Below are positions 26,326 through 32,566 of a stretch of DNA of 32,566 nt, piece after piece. Under the pieces are notes generated by a model. That model was not told the DNA's origin, did no database searches, and saw only the letters and a program-made list of their open reading frames with translations. A program made the position numbers and the translations under genes. Position 1 is the stretch's first letter. The number at the start of each line of letters is the position of its first letter. This stretch comes from Bigelowiella natans CCMP2755 (taxonomy: Eukaryota > Protista > Cercozoa): NCBI GenBank assembly GCA_000320545.1, contig ADNK01001165.1, forward strand, positions 1-32,566, read 5' to 3'.

Positions 26326-26699
26326 TGAATGAATGTACGATTATAACTTCGCATCGATCGTTGATAATTACGCGGACAAAATCTGGGTGCGTACAGCCGC
26401 ATGCAATGCAGTTGCGTGATAGTTATTATTATTTTATTATCCGCCGGCTAGCTGGGGTCAAATAACCATAACTAACAGTTGACTTATGATTGGGCAATTA
26501 AATACTGTTGAACTGGCCGGCATGTAATGGTGAAATGGCGCTGCTATGTTTGAAGAACCTGTTACAAACATAAAAGCTATGCATGTTAATGAGTCGGATC
26601 TTGATTACATGGATCAACATAGCTAGATAGTCAATGGCCGATTTATCTATATCTATGCCAGGCAAGCAGCGTACAAGTGGGATGCCGCCTCTCATTTGC

Positions 26700-27005
26700 G
26701 TACATCATGCACGTCTATTACACAAGCTATAGCTAGAACTTTATGTGCTATAACTAGCAGAATGTGACTCGGAGCCAATTTGAAGCGAGACCACAAATGC
26801 ATGCGATGCATCTGCGCACGTGCATGCACATTTCCACGATCGCTATCTAGCTATACTCCATGTCTAGCGATGTGCACTCATATAGCCTGATATGATGCAG
26901 ACGCGCACATGCATGAACACCGCTAGCTAGACCGTGCAGCTACACGAAGCAGCAAAAAGCACAAACATGTAGTCGAGCATGTCTAGATGTGCTAGCAATG
27001 AGAGC
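26700..27005. other. TpA-depleted tract C, between the convergent 3' ends of the hydrolase and Rsm22 genes
   Basis: Hand count over 26761-27000: 14 TpA, 11 of them in CTA/TAG context; ATGCATGCGATGCATCTGCGCACGTGCATGCACA-type runs. Confidence 0.7.
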
Positions 27006-27048
27006 TTAATCGATACAGCTATGCCACTCGTTGGTTATAGCTTTAATT

Positions 27049-27994
27049 TCACAAGAGGTCAGCCCCATCATCGTCATCTTTATGTTGCCTGCGCAGCGTT
27101 TCGAGCTCCTTGACGGCTTGGGCCAATTCATAATCACCATCGTCTTCAGGTATTCCCTGTGTGATTGCGTACAAGCGAGAAGAGAAAAACGTATGTGTAA
27201 GGCCGTATCCTGAGACTTACTCAATAATGATTGCTGATCAGAACTCTAATAAGTCATCACGGTCATAGTCATGATCATCAGCTCCCCCCCCCCCCACACA
27301 ACCGATGGTTTCCTGATCTATTATGTCGATGTCATCACCTGCAACTCCCGCATCATCTCTAAATACGCATCCTCTTCCTCGCCTTCCTGTGCCTCCTCAC
27401 TCACAGGTGACTGCCTTTCGCTTTGCATCATCAAGGCTCGGCGCATCTCTGTTTCCGGCTCGAGCCCTTTTTGATCTGCGGAGTACATCGTTCCCAATCA
27501 GTATTGAGGCGATAGTCGTCGATTGGACGTTCACGGGTGACACATGCATGTGTGTGCGCGGGGTATTACACCATACACATCACCATTCGCCCTGATGCCT
27601 ACACATGCATCCATCAAAGCAAAGATGTACGCCATCGCCTTACCTTGCTGCTGCTGCTGCTGCAGCTGCTGCCTCTCTCGTCTCTTGTCTTTGCTCTTAG
27701 CGTTCTTCTTCTTCGCTCCCCAAGGTTGTACTGGGGCCGATGCGATCTAGTGACCATCGTTCAGGCGCGGTTATGGGGGGGAAATTAAGAATGGACATTA
27801 AACGGAGGCGTTGTCATCGCCATACAACAGGCCCAATCAGAGCGGTGTGCTCCTTTATCCATCCCCCCGCAACGATTCGATAAGTGTGTGCAAGGCGTAT
27901 GAGCTGGTAGCCTAATGCTTACCTTCAGACCCCTTACAATAACCCGCCGACACACACAACGCGCGCGCGCGCGCGCACACACACACACACACAC

Positions 27995-28028
<34 letters not shown>

Positions 28029-28177
28029 GGAGAGGGAGAGAGAGATGCTACACACCATCTGCTTACAGGGAAAATGAAATATAAAGTAATGGCTAGCACT
28101 ATATTATTGCCTCCACTGCTGAGATCTTCCGAAGGACACCTTTCCTAGTGTACGGAGCAAAAAGAACACGAACACAC

Positions 28178-28227
<50 letters not shown>

Positions 28228-28540
28228 TTGATGTATTGTGAGTATAATTCAAGGTTAGGCTAAAAAGCGCATAGCCGTGAGTGTGTCATCGATGCATTTA
28301 GTATTATCTCCTCCTCCTCCTCCCCCCCCCCCCCCTCCCCCATTTTTACGACAGTCCCAACCGACATGATACTGCTCATCATCAACACCATCATCAGCAT
28401 CATCATAACCACATACGTCGGTGTCTGAAACTGCCATTCATCTCCCCAGTTCTTGTATTTGGCCGCTTTGTATGCGGCGCCAACAGACTTCCCCACGGTA
28501 GCGCGCACGTATGAGCCCTTTCGCCATAGTTGTGATTGTA

Positions 28541-28615
<75 letters not shown>

Positions 28616-29861
28616 GCATATTACAATTATACATATAATATACAATTAATATATTAGGATGTTTGTGTGTGTGTGTGTGTGTTTGTGTGTTACTCACTCA
28701 CCTCATACGTGCACAACTCAAGAACAACATGCCCTCCACGCTTTAGCGGAGACGCCACAATCTACACCGACTTGAATCAGGTTTGACAAACACAACAGTC
28801 TTCCTCGTTCGCTAAATCAGGTTCATCAGATGTAACACCTTTGCATTCTTGGAGGGATGGCTGAGGACATCTAGGGTGTAGCGGTTGCTGCCCCCCCCTG
28901 TTTCTCCTCCAATACGAACGCCTTGCGCATCGAGCTGCGAGGCGGACACAACCTCACCACCACTCGCTGTGCCCTCTTTGTCGGCTTCTGCGGCATCGTC
29001 AGTCTCTTCCTGAAAGCTAGCGCTCTTGTCGATAGCCTGAGGAAAGATGGACATTATTCTCGTCATTATCATCATCATCATTATCATCATCATCATCATC
29101 ATCACCATCGTGGCATCCTCGAAGTACGGATCAAGATCGCAAACACCACCACAACTACTACTATTTCTACTGCGTTTCCTATCATCACTATCATCACTAT
29201 CATCACTACTACTACTGCTGCTGCTGCTGCTGCTACCACGAATGAGTAAGAGCCAATGACGTTACGACCGAGCCGCTGCTGTGTCTTTAATTCCTACAAA
29301 CGATGATGTGTGCGGTGTGTTTGTGTGTGCTTGTGTGTGCTTGTGTGTTTAATAAACGCGCAGTGCTAGTATCTTGGGAGCAGTAGTGGCGATTGATGAG
29401 CTGCTGTCATCGTCGTTGTGATGCATGCTGTCGTTGTTGTTTTCTAGAGCACGGTCGGGGTAGCAGAACCGCATGCTCCGATTGCGATGGAAAGTCTAGC
29501 TGCGGCATCCTGAGATCGATCGGCCCCAGAAGGAGGAGAAGAAGGAGAAGGAGGAGAAGAAGGAGGAGGAGGAGGAGGAGGAGGAGGAAAAGAAGAAGAA
29601 GAAGACGAAGATCAATATGAAAGAGAGAACATATATGTTCCATATCATATGAGCTACAATTAGTCTTGATTCTTATATCTTATTCGTGCGTGCGTGCGTG
29701 TTGTTTCGCTGGCGTGTTATCATCATATCCGGGTGTGTTTGCCGCATGGAATGACTCATATTTGCTGTCTCTTATTTTGTCAAGGGCGTGGAATAGCCAG
29801 GCGCTCACACCTGAGTCCGAAATGGCAGCCATACTTCAGACCCTGCCCCAGCAACAAGAGA

Positions 29862-29919
<58 letters not shown>

Positions 29920-30765
29920 TGACCAAACGATCGATCGTCAAATTCACTGTTCAAAGATTATCTTTAAAATATTTAAAGCTCATCCCACGAGAGAAGAGAT
30001 GCCCCTCCCTCCCACCCCCCCCCCCCCCCCCCCCCTCCCTCTCCCCTTCAATATCCATCGTTTCAACTCGGTAGTCAGGCTTCGACAACACCTGCATTGG
30101 ACATTGATCCATGTGTGGGCAGGGCGAGATGATCGCTCCAGCTGGCGCGTTCTTGCCATCCTTCGCACCGCAACCCCCGTCCTCATGGTCGCCGCTCTCC
30201 GGACTATCTCTCCTAGCCCTTTCTCTACGCATTATTGTATGCGTGGGTGTGTGTGTGGGTGTGTGTGTGTGTGTGTGTGTATCACTATGTAACAAGGTAG
30301 AAAGAGAGAACGAGGGAGGGAGAGAGGGAGAGAGAGAGAGGGGGGGGGGGCGCGGGGGAGAGTGAGGCAAACTTTACGTTCTTTGTGCGTTTTGCATATA
30401 CGCGTTACCTTCGCTTTTGCTGTCGTGTTATTCTGCTGATGAAGAAGTCCCGTACTGTAGACGAAACACATCGGAACAACATGAAAACGAGACGGCCTTC
30501 AATAGCGCACATAACAGAGAAGATGGCAGAGAAGCTTCTGATCCTACTTCTCTGCTGTACTTTTATGTAGGTGTGCGGCTACATTCGCACGCATACACAA
30601 AATGCAAACACCCACACACAAACACACACAAACACACACAAACACGCGTACGTCAATGTGGCCGCCCATATAGACATTTTACTACCTTGGTTTATAACAT
30701 TGAAAGACCTTCTGCCATGCACCGCGACGACGATCATCCCTGAGTCCGTTGCCTGTCGCAACAAT

Positions 30766-30815
<50 letters not shown>

Positions 30816-31072
30816 TAATGTTACGAAGTGTGCTCCGCATGTTCGGTCGCCATGATGGCATCATTCACACCGAACACATGCACTATGCATCCGTATAAGT
30901 TTTTCCACACCGCCTTCCCTCCCCCCCTCCCCCCCTCCCTTCCCAGTACAAGCCCGCCCTACCTCCCATATCTTCTCCAGAGCAGCACGACGACTTTTCG
31001 TTGACATCGATGATAGTCCATCCACTGAGATATATTTGAACTTGTATGTGTGTGTCTGTCTATCTCTCTCTC

Positions 31073-31121
<49 letters not shown>

Positions 31122-31387
31122 TGCTAGGTTTGATAAAAAACATGAAAGCAAATATTACCTGAAATTACAAGATCATAGTCGCCGCCTTTAGGCATTTGCT
31201 GGTCCCACCGAGCACGCTGAGGATCATACACGCACAAGCAACGAGTGCATATACCTGTGATATCTACCCACGCGACGTCCATGCGTTCAATGATCGTGTG
31301 TGCATCTTTATTTTGTTTAATATTATCTTACCAAGCTAAATCCGCTGCACAACTTCTGAGCCGTTGCCAGAAGCTGATTCACACACG

Positions 31388-31424
<37 letters not shown>

Positions 31425-31749
31425 AGACAGACACCGAAACACACCAAGAACCATCATAAACGCATGCGATAACTCATGCTAAAAACTAATCGTTCATCTG
31501 CATAAAAATGTCCTGGCATGTATCTTGATTGCTGCGTGTTGTATCTCTCCAATGCTATCGTCTGCTCAATAGTCCGTCTCTTCTTGTAATTAGTGCGCAC
31601 AAACAGCTACCGCAGAGCTCTGCTCCACCCCTGTGTAGGCCTCAATTTCGTCGAATTTGTCCATAGCCGCCCTGCGGAAAATACACATCCACGCCATCGT
31701 TATTACAATAAATGCGCCTTTTTATTGGAATCCTATCGATCTGCCCCTA

Positions 31750-31792
<43 letters not shown>

Positions 31793-32255
31793 TGTGTTTC
31801 ATCTCATCAAGCCCGCACCATAGAGCCCCTCCAGTTCCGCAGCCATAGTCCAGCAATCGCTTTGGAGAAAACGATGGATTCTTCTGCTTTATTGCCTCTA
31901 ATATCCGATTTGCCTGCAAAGAGGGGAGGGCGGAGAGGGGGGGGGGGAGGGTTGGGACGAGAAGCGAACAGCGTGTGGAAATCAGATCTTCGTTGGAATT
32001 TGGTGTGCAAGCTGATACAATCATCTGCATTACCACGTGCAAGTCGTGACACATTCCGTTCAACGCGTACTCACGGCCACTGACGGCGCGGGGCCCGCTT
32101 AGTCCCCCATTATTGGCATCGTCGGCCAAGCTCTCGTGTTTGCCATGACTGCTACTACTGTGACTGCTGCTGCTGCTGGTGCTGCTGCTGCTCTTCCCGA
32201 GATTCTTTTTCTGCTGCTTAGCTTTCCGGTGAGAGACTCTCTTTTGGACTGTATC
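27049..32255 (-). CDS. RSM22: Rsm22/METTL17-family mitoribosomal small-subunit methyltransferase-like protein (5' end unresolved). Exons: 32255-32034, 31913-31819, 31671-31611, 31373-31332, 31216-31159, 31024-30963, 30752-30686, 30454-30409, 30212-30092, 29842-29811, 29509-29470, 29293-29237, 29036-28839, 28761-28702, 28517-28417, [unresolved 28150-27900], ~27746-27644, ~27474-27339, 27156-27049
   Basis: FSPKRLLDYGCGTGGALWAA (SAM motif I), YDLVIS, IISPCPHMDQCPM...CHF, SYSFV, IVASPLKRGGHVVLELCTYEG and VGKSVGAAYKAAKYKNWGDEW are all Rsm22-family hallmarks in the right order and spliced in phase. Confidence 0.88.
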
Positions 32256-32369
32256 CTGTGGTTGTTATGCAAGCAGGTGCGTGGTGGATAAAGACGTATT
32301 CGCTGCCGCAGCTCCAAAACCTATCGCGCGCCGTGGCTTTTACGCCCTCGCATCACTATGCCGGGAGTG

Positions 32370-32406
<37 letters not shown>

Positions 32407-32566
32407 GAACTTGGAACTTTTTTCCACCCTTATGTGTGTGAAATTTTGCTCCTTCTCATATCACCACTGCTGTCCCTTACTTAAAGTACAATTAATATAT
32501 GCTCCATTCTTTCCTTGTTCTTGGTTGCTGCTGATAACTACGTAACAATCACCCTATAAAAAAAGG

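Noticed and set aside
32256-32566. Further 5' exons of RSM22, or the end of another minus-strand gene
   Set aside because: Candidate splice sites exist, but I could not build a stop-free, in-phase path. Left unannotated.

Overview
Eukaryotic nuclear DNA with intron-dense GT-AG genes and microsatellite-filled introns. It probably comes from an alga with a complex plastid; a chlorarachniophyte-like origin is inferred from a bipartite signal plus R/S-rich transit presequence and a cycloartenol-type oxidosqualene cyclase. Splicing by hand gives seven genes, in order: cycloartenol synthase (-, 3' end runs off the window); a complete UDP-glucose 6-dehydrogenase (+), head-to-head with it; an uncharacterised type I membrane protein with a cytoplasmic WW domain (+); a two-exon SAM-like gene that may be decaying (+); a HopJ-like protein, probably plastid-targeted (-); an alpha/beta hydrolase (+); and a Rsm22/METTL17 homologue (-, 5' end unresolved). 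A 260-bp exon-plus-intron piece of the UGDH gene is duplicated about 3.5 kb downstream. The most unusual signal is compositional. Intergenic tracts lying 3' of genes (about 10.5-11.6 kb, 17.5-20.3 kb and 26.7-27.0 kb) have lost most TpA dinucleotides except those in CTA/TAG context, are rich in CA/TG, and keep CpG. Local repeat pairs differ by TA/CA and TA/TG changes. This points to a region-targeted TpA mutator or DNA-modification system that is neither CpG decay nor fungal RIP. Most ORFs in the supplied track are microsatellite or antisense artefacts. All exon coordinates and counts were derived by hand and need RNA-seq or computational confirmation.
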